From NCBI GenBank assembly GCA_964619875.1, contig CAZUFU010000001.1:1-61911 (forward strand): a stretch of 61,911 nt of DNA. Direction: 5' to 3'. The notes beneath the pieces were generated by a model. The model saw only the letters and a program-made list of their open reading frames with translations, was not told the origin of the DNA and did not search any database. The DNA is from an uncultured Oscillospiraceae bacterium. Lineage in GTDB: Bacteria > Bacillota > Clostridia > Peptostreptococcales > Anaerovoracaceae. Made by a program: the position numbers and the translations under genes. How positions within the stretch are numbered: position 1 is the stretch's first letter; the number at the start of each line of letters is the position of its first letter. Of this stretch, positions 7,973 through 17,219 are shown piece by piece.

Positions 7973-9073
7973 ATGAAAAAAGTATTAACCTTGGCACTGA
8001 CTGCAGTGCTTTGCCTTGGCCTTGTATTCATGACAGGCTGCGGAGGAGGCAACATCGAAATGCCATATTCCGGATATGATCTGACGGAATATGTAACGCT
8101 GCCTGATTATGACAGCTATACCACCCAGAAGCCTGATGTCACCATCACAGATGAGGATATAGACGCGGCAATCGACGAAGTTCTGGCCCAGTATCCTACA
8201 ACGGAAGAGGAAACTGAAGGTGTTGTAGAGAAAGGCGATAAAATCAGATATTCCTACAAAGGAACTCTGGCAGATGGTTCTACTACAGACGGTATGAATG
8301 CCGACAATCAGGAGATGATTCTGGGACAGGCAAGCATGATTGACGGTTTTCAGGAGGGAATGTACGGGGCAACCATAGGCGAGCCTGTGACTCTCAATCT
8401 GAAGTTCCCTGACCCTTATCCCAATAATGAGGACCTGTCAGGTAAAGACGTCACCTTTGTGGTTACTGTAAATGCCAAACTTGTGGACGTTCCTGCCGAG
8501 CTTACAGATGATTTTGTAAAAGAACACAGCGACGAAAAGAATGTGGCGGACTACAGAAAGAGCATGGCTAAGCAGCTTGAAGAAGAGGAGACCGAAGAAC
8601 AGCTTTACAACCTCAAAACCAAGATATGGAATCAGATTGTAGCTGAGACTGAAATCACCGAGGTAATTGCCCTAGAGGTGGACAGCAAAGTTGAGATGTT
8701 CAATACACGATATGAAAAGCTTGCAGAACAGCAGGGCATGGAGTGGGAAGAATTTCTCGATGAGTACTTCAAGTACGATACAGATGAATATAATGAGCAG
8801 ATCAGACTTTATGCGGAAAGCATGGTAAAGACGGAAATGATTGTCTATGCTGTCGCTCAGAAGGAAGGTATCGAAGTTTCCGAAAAGGAATATGAAGAGC
8901 AGCTTAGCAGCATTTTGACAGCTTATGGCTACTCTGACAAGGAAAGCTTTGAAGATGCGGCAGGAATGGCTCTGGATCAGTTTGCTGAAGAGCAATATTC
9001 ACTTAAACTGAACCTGTATCTGGAAAAAGTGCTGGATGTAATTTATGACAGAATAGCTAAAGACGCGGAATAG
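7973..9073 (+). CDS. Lipoprotein trigger-factor paralog (FKBP-type PPIase plus TF C-terminal arm domain, no ribosome-binding N-domain)
   Basis: Lipobox FMTGCGG. TF-like middle region VTITDEDIDAAIDEVL...EKGDKIRYSYKGTLADG...MIDGFQEGMYGATIGEPVTLNLKFPDPY...LSGKDVTFVVTVN..ELTDDFVKE. Confidence 0.75.
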   Translation: MKKVLTLALTAVLCLGLVFMTGCGGGNIEMPYSGYDLTEYVTLPDYDSYTTQKPDVTITDEDIDAAIDEVLAQYPTTEEETEGVVEKGDKIRYSYKGTLADGSTTDGMNADNQEMILGQASMIDGFQEGMYGATIGEPVTLNLKFPDPYPNNEDLSGKDVTFVVTVNAKLVDVPAELTDDFVKEHSDEKNVADYRKSMAKQLEEEETEEQLYNLKTKIWNQIVAETEITEVIALEVDSKVEMFNTRYEKLAEQQGMEWEEFLDEYFKYDTDEYNEQIRLYAESMVKTEMIVYAVAQKEGIEVSEKEYEEQLSSILTAYGYSDKESFEDAAGMALDQFAEEQYSLKLNLYLEKVLDVIYDRIAKDAE

Positions 9074-9085
9074 GCGTACGGAAAT

Positions 9086-9757
9086 ATGTATAACATTTTA
9101 ATTGTCGAGGATGACAGAACCATAGCAAGAGCTATGAAAAATCATATCGAGGCATGGGGCTTCAATGCCCGCTGTGCAGAGAATTTCAGAAACATTATGG
9201 AGGAGTTTGCGGATTATAATCCGCAGCTCGTCCTTCTGGACATTTCTCTGCCTTTTTTTAACGGCTATCACTGGTGCAGCGAGATACGGCGCGTGTCAAA
9301 GGTTCCTATAGTCTTCATTTCTTCTGCCTCGGACAATATGAACATAGTAATGGCCATGAATATGGGCGGGGACGATTTCATTGCAAAGCCCTTTGACCTT
9401 AACGTGCTGACGGCTAAGGTACAGGCTATACTGAGAAGAACCTACGATTTTGCCGGACAGACGGGAATTATCGAGCACAGGGGAGCCATGCTGAGTACTC
9501 AGGACACAAGCCTTACCTACAATGGACAGACTATAGAACTTTCCAAAAATGAGTATCGAATCCTGCTCACCCTTCTTGAAAACAAAGGCAAGGTTGTCAG
9601 CAGGGAGACACTCATGGAAAGACTCTGGGCTACTGACAGCTTCGTAGATGAGAATACTCTCACGGTGAATGTTACCAGGCTGAGAAAGAAGCTGGAAGCT
9701 GCCGGCCTTGAAGATTTCATAACAACCAGAAAGGGCATGGGCTACATATGCTTGTAA
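9086..9757 (+). CDS. OmpR-family response regulator (BceR-like)
   Basis: Receiver domain (LLDISLP) plus a winged-helix domain (LTVNVTRLRKKL...RKGMGY). Confidence 0.9.
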   Translation: MYNILIVEDDRTIARAMKNHIEAWGFNARCAENFRNIMEEFADYNPQLVLLDISLPFFNGYHWCSEIRRVSKVPIVFISSASDNMNIVMAMNMGGDDFIAKPFDLNVLTAKVQAILRRTYDFAGQTGIIEHRGAMLSTQDTSLTYNGQTIELSKNEYRILLTLLENKGKVVSRETLMERLWATDSFVDENTLTVNVTRLRKKLEAAGLEDFITTRKGMGYICL

Positions 9758-10722
9758 AATACATGAAAACCCATATCAAGAGTATGCTTCTGTTTGCAGT
9801 ATTCTCTGTATCCATGGTCACTGTAATGATAGTTTTTGACGCAGATATAAGACCGGTGCTCTACGGGCTGGTGATATGCGCTTTTCTTGGAGGTGTGCTG
9901 GCAGCATGGGATTTTTCGCGATATTGTGATAAACATGAGCTGCTGGCTTTTGTAGAAAAGGAAATAACGGAAACCATGGATCATCTGCCTGCTCCCAGAG
10001 ACCTGCTGGAGGAGGATTACACACGGATTATCAAATCGTCATTTGACGACAGAATGCGTATTTCTTTTGAAAACAGCCGGAACTACGAGGAAATGACCGA
10101 ATACTACACCATATGGGCTCACCAGATAAAGACCCCTATTGCGGCAATGCGGCTCATTCTGCAGACGGAACCGGACAGTACTGCTATGCGCGAGATTTCC
10201 GATGAGCTGTTTAAGATAGAGCAGTATGTGGAAATGGTACTATGCTACCTGCGTCTTGACGGCGGAAGCGACTATGTAATAAAGCCATGCAGTTTGGATG
10301 AGATTGTGAAACAATCAGTAAGAAAATATGCTTCTCAATTCATAAGAACCAGAAACAGGCTGATATATGAGGGAACTGATGCCGTTGCTGTCACAGACGA
10401 GAAATGGCTGGGGTTTATAGTGGAGCAGGTTCTTTCCAATGCGCTGAAGTACGCTGATGAGGGAGAAATAAGAATTACGGTGGAGAACAGTGAATTGGTA
10501 ATAAGTGATACAGGTATAGGAATTGCCCCTGAGGATCTCCCTCGCATCTTCGAAAAAGGTTACACCGGATATAACGGCAGAGCAGATAAAAAATCCACAG
10601 GTATCGGACTATATCTCTGCAGTCGTATCGCAGATAAAATCGGATGTTCCATAAGAGCTCAGTCAGAGTGCGGAAGTGGAACCACCATAAGGATTGAACT
10701 GGGGGACCTTACAAAAATGTAA
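9748..10722 (+). CDS. Intramembrane-sensing histidine kinase (BceS-like)
   Basis: Two N-terminal TM helices with almost no extracellular loop. H-box WAHQIKTPIAAM and an HATPase domain (SDTGIGI, STGIGL). Overlaps the response regulator by 10 nt. Confidence 0.9.
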   Translation: MLVKYMKTHIKSMLLFAVFSVSMVTVMIVFDADIRPVLYGLVICAFLGGVLAAWDFSRYCDKHELLAFVEKEITETMDHLPAPRDLLEEDYTRIIKSSFDDRMRISFENSRNYEEMTEYYTIWAHQIKTPIAAMRLILQTEPDSTAMREISDELFKIEQYVEMVLCYLRLDGGSDYVIKPCSLDEIVKQSVRKYASQFIRTRNRLIYEGTDAVAVTDEKWLGFIVEQVLSNALKYADEGEIRITVENSELVISDTGIGIAPEDLPRIFEKGYTGYNGRADKKSTGIGLYLCSRIADKIGCSIRAQSECGSGTTIRIELGDLTKM

Positions 10723-10733
10723 GATTACAAAGA

Positions 10734-10775
10734 GGAAATGTAAGCCAAAGCTATGGCAGAGCATTTCCTTTTTTT
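10734..10775 (+). terminator. Hairpin plus T7 between the kinase gene and the ABC genes (terminator and/or operator)
   Basis: GGAAATG (10734-10740) / CATTTCC (10762-10768), with an inner GCCA/TGGC stem, followed by TTTTTTT. Confidence 0.45.
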
Positions 10776-10824
10776 GTACAATGAGAGCATAAAACAGAAA
10801 GGGGACCCGGGAGGGGTAAAAAAG

Positions 10825-11607
10825 ATGACAATATTAGAAGTGAATAATGTAAAGAAGATATATACCACCAGATTCGGCGGTGCCAAGGTGCAGGCTCTTT
10901 CCAACGTATCCTTTACAGTGGAGGAAGGCGAGTTCGTGGCTATTATGGGAGAATCAGGCTCCGGCAAGACCACCTTGCTGAATATTCTGGCATCACTTGA
11001 CAAGCCGACCAGCGGTGAGGTGAAGCTGAAGGGCATGAACCTGTCAGCCATAAGAGAAAGAGATATAGCCTCCTTCAGAAGAGATCATCTGGGCTTCGTT
11101 TTTCAGGACTTTAACCTTATGGACAATTTTTCAGTGATGGATAATATTTTCCTGCCTCTGGTGCTTTCGGGGAAAAAGTATCCGGAGATGAAGGAACGCC
11201 TGAGACCCATTGCAGAGGGTCTTGGCATAAGTGAGATTCTGCAGAAATATCCTTACGAGGTTTCAGGTGGCCAGAAGCAGCGTACTGCAGTGGCAAGAGC
11301 TGTCATAACCAATCCGGAACTTATTCTGGCAGATGAGCCTACAGGAGCGCTGGACTCCAGATCGGCAGACGAGCTTCTTAATATTTTCAGGGAGATAAAT
11401 CAGTCGGGACAGACAATTCTCATGGTTACTCATTCAATCAAGGCTGCCAGCAAGGCGGGCAGGGTACTGTTCATAAAGGATGGAGAGGTTTTCCATCAGC
11501 TGTACAGAGGAGCCGGAGACGATGATGAAATGTTCCAGAGAATTTCTGATACTCTGACTATGCTTCAGTCAGGAAGCGATATGAGGGCAGGCGGTGAGAG
11601 ACAATGA
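10825..11607 (+). CDS. ABC transporter ATP-binding protein (BceA-like)
   Basis: Walker A GESGSGKTT and signature VSGGQKQR. The start is moved to ATG 10825, which follows GGGAGGGG. Confidence 0.9.
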   Translation: MTILEVNNVKKIYTTRFGGAKVQALSNVSFTVEEGEFVAIMGESGSGKTTLLNILASLDKPTSGEVKLKGMNLSAIRERDIASFRRDHLGFVFQDFNLMDNFSVMDNIFLPLVLSGKKYPEMKERLRPIAEGLGISEILQKYPYEVSGGQKQRTAVARAVITNPELILADEPTGALDSRSADELLNIFREINQSGQTILMVTHSIKAASKAGRVLFIKDGEVFHQLYRGAGDDDEMFQRISDTLTMLQSGSDMRAGGERQ

Positions 11608-13676
11608 CAGGGGGACTTTTTGCAAAACTTGCATTGACAAACATACGAAAGAACAGGAAGATATATGGACCTTACATTTTTGCATGCGTAGGCGTAGTGA
11701 TGATGTTCTATATAATCAGCAGTCTGGCTCATGACCCGGATGTACTCGATTTTTACTGCGGCAGGTCAGCGGCTATGATACTCAATCTGGGCAGTGTGGT
11801 TGTGAGTATTTTTGCCATAATCTTTCTTTTTTACACCAGCAGCTTTCTCATGAAAAGAAGGAAGACCGAGCTTGGACTCTATAATGTGCTTGGATTGGGG
11901 AAAGGGCATATTATAAAGATTCTGGCCTGGGAGACTTTGATCGTATGGGGGTCAAGCCTGGTGCTGGGTCTTGTTTCCGGCATGGTTTTCGGTAAGCTGG
12001 CTCAGGTGGGACTTCTGAGAATGATGGGCGGCGGTGTGAACTACAATTTTAATTTCAGTGTCGGAGCCATGATAGCGACAGCTGCTTTGTTCGCGGGGAT
12101 TTTTGTGATTATTTACATTAAGAACGTAATTGAGATTTATAGAATGAAGACTATAGATCTGCTGTACAGCGCTAAAGAGGGGGAAAAGAAGCCTCGTGCC
12201 AACTACGTGCTGGCAATTGCAGGCGTTGTAATGCTGGCGGCAGGCTACTATATTGCGCTTGCGGTGAAAAATCCGCTGGAGGCGATTACCTTCTTCTTCT
12301 TTGCGGTTATTCTGGTTATTGCGGGAACATACTCATGTATGATTTCCGGCAGTGTGGCGCTGCTTTCCGCAATGAAAAAGAATAAAAACTATTATTACAA
12401 AACCAGTCATTTCATATCCACATCATCCATGATGTTCAGAATGAAGAAACACGGTGCCGGTCTTGCCAGCATCTGCATTCTGGCTACAATGGTGCTGGTT
12501 ATGATTTCCTCGACGGCATGTCTGTACATCGGTGCTGACAAAGCCATGGGTACAACTTATCCAAGGGATATGGAAATAGAGTACACAATGCGCGGCAGCA
12601 ATGGGGAAACTCTTCATGCAGCATCATCAGACCTGAACCGGGTGGTTACAAGGGTGATAAATGACGAGGACATAAAGCTCGCCGGTGAGATTGAATACAG
12701 CCTGTGCAGCTTCTATGGGAAACCTGATGATACGGATGGTACATCTTTCAGATGCTCAGTCTTTAACGGAAACACAGATGTAATCAGCCTGTCCCTGGTA
12801 ACTCTGGAGGATTATAACAGAAGCTTCAGCAGGAATGAATCTCTGGCGGCTGATGAGGTGTTAGTATTCGGTAAGGGCATAAGCTATGACAAACCTGTTA
12901 TCAGCTTTGGAGGAGAAGAGCTTAAGGTGAAAGGAGAGGCCTCAGGGCTGGTAATGCGTGGTATTGATGCCGCAGACATGAGCGACTGCCTGTATCTGGT
13001 GGTTGCGGATGAAAGCGTGCTTATGAGGATATATGATATCGTTGAGAAAGAGGCTATGGAAGACAGCTGCCCGGGACCGCAGCTGGTGGCATACAGGGCA
13101 TTCGATATAATGGCAGATGACGGTTCGAGAGTTCAGGACAGTGAAAGGCTTAATCAGGTACAGGAGACCATATATAAGGTTCAGAACGAGGGATATGACG
13201 GAACATTCAGCGGTTCAGCCCAGTACAGCCGCATGGACCTCGGCATAAGAAACAGAGCAAATGCAGGAGAAATATACGGACTTTACGGCGGGCTGTTTTT
13301 CCTGGGGATTCTACTGAGCGTGCTCTTTATGGGGGCTACAGTAATAATCATGTATTACAAACAGGTCATAGAAGGATACGACGATAAGGAAAGATTCGAT
13401 GTCATGCAGAAGGTAGGCATGAGCCGCCATGAGGTCAAAAAGACCATAAACTCTCAGGTGCTGACCGTATTTTTCATTCCGCTTCTGGGGGCAGGGGTCC
13501 ATATGGCATTTGCTTTCCCGATAATAGCACTGATGCTTAGAGTCTTCATGATAAGCAATACGTCTTTGCTTGCGGGAATAACTCTGGGGGCATTCGCTGC
13601 ATTCGCCCTGTTCTACGTTGCATCCTATCTTATAACATCGAGGGCATACTATAGGGTAGTAGCTGCCGAGCAATAG
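11604..13676 (+). CDS. FtsX-domain ABC permease with a large extracellular domain (BceB-like)
   Basis: 690 aa. The N-terminus LALTNIRKNRKIYGPY is typical of the family. There is a large hydrophilic insert between TM clusters. Overlaps the ATPase gene by 4 nt. Confidence 0.85.
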   Translation: MTGGLFAKLALTNIRKNRKIYGPYIFACVGVVMMFYIISSLAHDPDVLDFYCGRSAAMILNLGSVVVSIFAIIFLFYTSSFLMKRRKTELGLYNVLGLGKGHIIKILAWETLIVWGSSLVLGLVSGMVFGKLAQVGLLRMMGGGVNYNFNFSVGAMIATAALFAGIFVIIYIKNVIEIYRMKTIDLLYSAKEGEKKPRANYVLAIAGVVMLAAGYYIALAVKNPLEAITFFFFAVILVIAGTYSCMISGSVALLSAMKKNKNYYYKTSHFISTSSMMFRMKKHGAGLASICILATMVLVMISSTACLYIGADKAMGTTYPRDMEIEYTMRGSNGETLHAASSDLNRVVTRVINDEDIKLAGEIEYSLCSFYGKPDDTDGTSFRCSVFNGNTDVISLSLVTLEDYNRSFSRNESLAADEVLVFGKGISYDKPVISFGGEELKVKGEASGLVMRGIDAADMSDCLYLVVADESVLMRIYDIVEKEAMEDSCPGPQLVAYRAFDIMADDGSRVQDSERLNQVQETIYKVQNEGYDGTFSGSAQYSRMDLGIRNRANAGEIYGLYGGLFFLGILLSVLFMGATVIIMYYKQVIEGYDDKERFDVMQKVGMSRHEVKKTINSQVLTVFFIPLLGAGVHMAFAFPIIALMLRVFMISNTSLLAGITLGAFAAFALFYVASYLITSRAYYRVVAAEQ

Positions 13677-13683
13677 ATTCTTA

Positions 13684-13712
13684 AACCCCGGACACAGGTC
13701 GTCCGGGGTTTT
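13684..13712 (+). terminator. Intrinsic terminator after the BceB-like gene
   Basis: AACCCCGGAC / GTCCGGGGTT stem followed by TTT. Confidence 0.8.
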
Positions 13713-13785
13713 GAGCATATTTTTGCCTGCGTTGAATATAATATATCATTACATTAAAACCCAAAGGACAGCGGGAGGACAAGGT

Positions 13786-14037
13786 ATGCTGAGCACAGAT
13801 AAACTTAAGAATAAAGAAGTCATAAATATTTATGACGGCAGGAGCGTAGGCTTCGTAAGCGATATAGAGGTGGATCTGGAAAAAGGGGTTATAGGAGGAA
13901 TAGTCATCCCGTCGGAGAGAGGCTTTCTGGGATTATTCGGACGAGGTGAAAACGACATACTTATCAAATGGGAAAAAGTAAAAACCGTAGGCGATGATGT
14001 GATTTTAGTGGACTTAGGACCACAAGATGTGGTATAG
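13786..14037 (+). CDS. YlmC/YmxH-family sporulation protein (PRC-barrel)
   Basis: Family-like sequence LKNKEVINIYDGRSVGFVSDIEVDLEKGVIGGIVIP. The start is set at the ATG after GGGAGGA. Confidence 0.8.
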   Translation: MLSTDKLKNKEVINIYDGRSVGFVSDIEVDLEKGVIGGIVIPSERGFLGLFGRGENDILIKWEKVKTVGDDVILVDLGPQDVV

Positions 14038-14074
14038 TATATGAAAAGAGTACCGAGAATGGAGGTATGAAAGC

Positions 14075-14536
14075 ATGAAATGCCCGTTTTGTGACAACCC
14101 TGATACTAAAGTTATAGATTCACGTCCTACAGAAGAAGGACATGCCATAAGAAGAAGACGCGGCTGCGATAAATGCAACAAACGCTTTACCACATATGAA
14201 AAGGTTGAGGAAACTATCCTTATGGTCGTAAAGAAGGATAATCGCCGTGAGGTATTCGACAGGCAGAAGGTGCTTAACGGTATAGTCAAAGCCTGTGAGA
14301 AGCGCCCTGTTTCCATGGCCAGAATGGAGCAGATGGTTGACGATATCGAACGGGAGCTGAACAACCGCATGGAAAGAGAAGTGGACAGCACCTATATCGG
14401 AGAGCTTATTATGGAGCAGCTCAAGAAGGTGGATGAGGTGGCCTACGTGCGTTTTGCTTCCGTATACCGCCAGTTCACGGACGTGAACACTTTCATCAAG
14501 GAGATAGAAAAACTCATAGGAAAGCAGGATAAGTAG
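14075..14536 (+). CDS. nrdR: Transcriptional repressor NrdR
   Basis: [18 protein letters not shown] zinc ribbon plus an ATP-cone domain. Confidence 0.95.
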   Translation: MKCPFCDNPDTKVIDSRPTEEGHAIRRRRGCDKCNKRFTTYEKVEETILMVVKKDNRREVFDRQKVLNGIVKACEKRPVSMARMEQMVDDIERELNNRMEREVDSTYIGELIMEQLKKVDEVAYVRFASVYRQFTDVNTFIKEIEKLIGKQDK

Positions 14537-15190
14537 ATGACGGAAAGAATTTTCAGAATTGCAATTGACGGACCCAGCGGTGCCGGAAAGTCAACCATTG
14601 CCAAGGCGGTGGCAAAACGTCTGGGTATAGACTATATAGATACCGGGGCTATGTACAGGGCCATCGGACTCAAGATGCTCTCTGAGGGCATTGCCATGGA
14701 GGAAAGTGATGCTCTGTCAGACATGCTGGCCCGCACGGAAATTGATTTTGACAAGGGAAACGTGTTCCTCGACGGCAGAATAGTAAACGATCTTATCAGG
14801 ACACCTGAGGTTTCAAAGGCAGCTTCCGACTGCTCGGCACTGGGCTCTGTGAGGAGCAAGCTGGTGGAGCTTCAGCGCAAGATGGGACAGTCAAAAAGCG
14901 TCATAATGGACGGCAGGGACATTGGAACAAACGTGCTGACTGATGCTGAGTACAAGTATTTCCTTACGGCAACTGCAGAGGAAAGGGCTTTGCGCAGACA
15001 CAAGGAGATGCTGGAAAAGGGACAGGAAAGTGATCTGGCCCAGGTGCTGGCCCAGATTGTGGAGCGTGACCATAATGATTCAACCCGTGCATTGAATCCT
15101 CTTAGGAAGGCGGAAGATGCTGAGGAAATAGACAGCACCCACATGACCATCGACCAGGTGGTAAACTATATCTGCGATAAGGTGGAATGA
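14537..15190 (+). CDS. cmk: Cytidylate kinase
   Basis: IAIDGPSGAGKST P-loop and DTGAMYR. Confidence 0.95.
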   Translation: MTERIFRIAIDGPSGAGKSTIAKAVAKRLGIDYIDTGAMYRAIGLKMLSEGIAMEESDALSDMLARTEIDFDKGNVFLDGRIVNDLIRTPEVSKAASDCSALGSVRSKLVELQRKMGQSKSVIMDGRDIGTNVLTDAEYKYFLTATAEERALRRHKEMLEKGQESDLAQVLAQIVERDHNDSTRALNPLRKAEDAEEIDSTHMTIDQVVNYICDKVE

Positions 15191-15198
15191 ATGAAAAA

Positions 15199-15234
15199 TA
15201 CCTCTGACGGCAAAACTACCTCTGACGGTAAAAC
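15199..15234. repeat. Tandem 18-bp direct repeat TACCTCTGACGG(C/T)AAAAC x2
   Basis: Read directly: 15199-15216 and 15217-15234, with 1 mismatch. It lies between the cmk stop and the PBP RBS. Confidence 0.85.
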
Positions 15235-15254
15235 GACCGTTGGAGGTTTTTATT

Positions 15255-17180
15255 ATGGAAAAAAGCAGGAAACGGGTGAAGACAGCTCTTATATTTTTTG
15301 TGGTGCCGATGGCAGCACTGGCAGGCCGCCTTTTTTTTATACAGGTGATGTGCCACGATGATTTCAGTGAGGCGGCCACAGCACAGTATGAAATGGTTGT
15401 TGAGGGCATTGATACACGTGGGCAGATTTTTGACAGAAACATGAACCCCGTTACCGGAGGCAGCTGCCAATATTATTACATTATAAAAAAAGAACGCATG
15501 ACTGATGAGGGTTCGGAACTTCTGGCAGCTACAGGCGCCAGTAAACTGACATCAGATGATTCCAGGTATCTGGTCTATAGGAGTGAGATGTACAGTGAAG
15601 GAATTAGTGAAAGGCTTAAATCTGACTTTAATGCGTATGTTTTCTGCAGCACCTCCAGATATTCTGATGTGCAGCCTGCTTGCCATCTGGTAGGTTATCT
15701 CAATCAGTCGGAAAAACGGGGTGTTTCCGGACTGGAATACATGTTTGAGGAAAGGCTGAAGGCAGGCAGGAACCGACTTGTGCTTACTGCAGATGCTGCC
15801 GGTAACATTCTGCCCGGTCGGGCACCATACATTCGAAGTGAGGAAAGCACAGCACCGGAGGATAATTCCGTTGTAACCTCCATTGAGCTTGGCCTGCAGA
15901 AAAGGTGTGAGGAACTTATGGCCGAAGCTTGCGGAAACTCATCAGTGAGTGACGGTTCACGGCATGGAATCCAGTCTGACTCTGACCTCGGCTCCGAAAA
16001 TGACCCCGGCTCCGGTGCCTGCATAGTGGCTGATGCAGCCAGCGGCGAAATACTTGCTATGGCATCTGTCCCGACTTTCAATCCCAACAGAATCGCAGAA
16101 TGCCTTCAAAGTGACGGGGATTGTCTTATCAATAAGGCACTTCAGGCTGCCTATCCTCCAGGTTCAGTATTCAAACTGGTTGTCGCCGCTGCTGCTCTCG
16201 AAAATGGACTCTGCACGGCAGACCGTCTGTATGAATGCAGCGGCGAGACGGAGGTGGAGGGAGTGACTGTTTCATGCTCTACCGCACCGGAGGGTGGCCA
16301 TGGCATGATAAATATGTACGATGCTATGGCACATTCATGCAACTGTTATTTTGCTCAGCTTGGGCGTGACATAGGACGGAATGCTATTCTGGATATGGCA
16401 TCACAGCTAGGTCTGGGAAGTGAGGTTCTGGATGACTATCCTGAGGAAAGCAGCGGCTTTGTCCCCGATGCGTCAGAAACTGACCGGCAGGAGATTTCCA
16501 ACATATCTATCGGTCAGGGCCGCCTGCTGACAACGCCCCTCCAGATATCCAGGCTTACGGCAATCATAGCAGGGGGCGGCGCCAGCAGGCCCATTCATGT
16601 GCTGGCGGGCCGGTCCGGGCTGTCATCCTCAGAGACAATTTCACCGGCCGCCAGCGCGACGATGTCCGCGGCGTCCTCAAATGAAGAACAGGCCGCCAGC
16701 GCGACGCCGTCCGCGGTGTCCATGCACGAAGAACCGGCCGCCAGCGTAGTGCCGGCACCCCCGGCATCCTCTCCGGCAGATCCGGGTGGTGCAAATGACA
16801 TTACCAATTCTGCCTTTACGGCCTTAACAGATGAAATCTCCCGCCAATATATATCGCGGCAGACGGCACAGACCCTTCAGACGATGATGCGCGGTGTAAT
16901 GACCGATGGCACCGCTTCATCAAAAGCCTGGGAACTGCCTGTGTGGGGGAAGTCAGGAACAGCGGAGGCATCGCGAGGCGGCAGGGCCGTGAAGGACTGC
17001 TGGTTTATCGGATTTTGTGATATTGCCATGCCTGAGACAGAGGCTTATGGTGCGGACCGAACTAGGAGATTCGTCATTACTGTATTCGTGGAAGACGGTG
17101 TATCCGGTTCGGCCACGGCATTGCCTGTATTCAGGAAGATAACAGAGTATTTAAGCGCACATGTTGAGGATTATATCTGA
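15255..17180 (+). CDS. Class B penicillin-binding protein (PBP2/SpoVD-like transpeptidase) with low-complexity insertions
   Basis: Motifs SVFK (SxxK), SCN (SxN) and KSGT (KTG). N-terminal TM anchor. ATG 15255 follows GGAGG. Confidence 0.85.
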   Translation: MEKSRKRVKTALIFFVVPMAALAGRLFFIQVMCHDDFSEAATAQYEMVVEGIDTRGQIFDRNMNPVTGGSCQYYYIIKKERMTDEGSELLAATGASKLTSDDSRYLVYRSEMYSEGISERLKSDFNAYVFCSTSRYSDVQPACHLVGYLNQSEKRGVSGLEYMFEERLKAGRNRLVLTADAAGNILPGRAPYIRSEESTAPEDNSVVTSIELGLQKRCEELMAEACGNSSVSDGSRHGIQSDSDLGSENDPGSGACIVADAASGEILAMASVPTFNPNRIAECLQSDGDCLINKALQAAYPPGSVFKLVVAAAALENGLCTADRLYECSGETEVEGVTVSCSTAPEGGHGMINMYDAMAHSCNCYFAQLGRDIGRNAILDMASQLGLGSEVLDDYPEESSGFVPDASETDRQEISNISIGQGRLLTTPLQISRLTAIIAGGGASRPIHVLAGRSGLSSSETISPAASATMSAASSNEEQAASATPSAVSMHEEPAASVVPAPPASSPADPGGANDITNSAFTALTDEISRQYISRQTAQTLQTMMRGVMTDGTASSKAWELPVWGKSGTAEASRGGRAVKDCWFIGFCDIAMPETEAYGADRTRRFVITVFVEDGVSGSATALPVFRKITEYLSAHVEDYI

Positions 17181-17219
17181 GAAAAAAGGTCTGTTACAGT
17201 CAGAATAATTAAAAATGCC

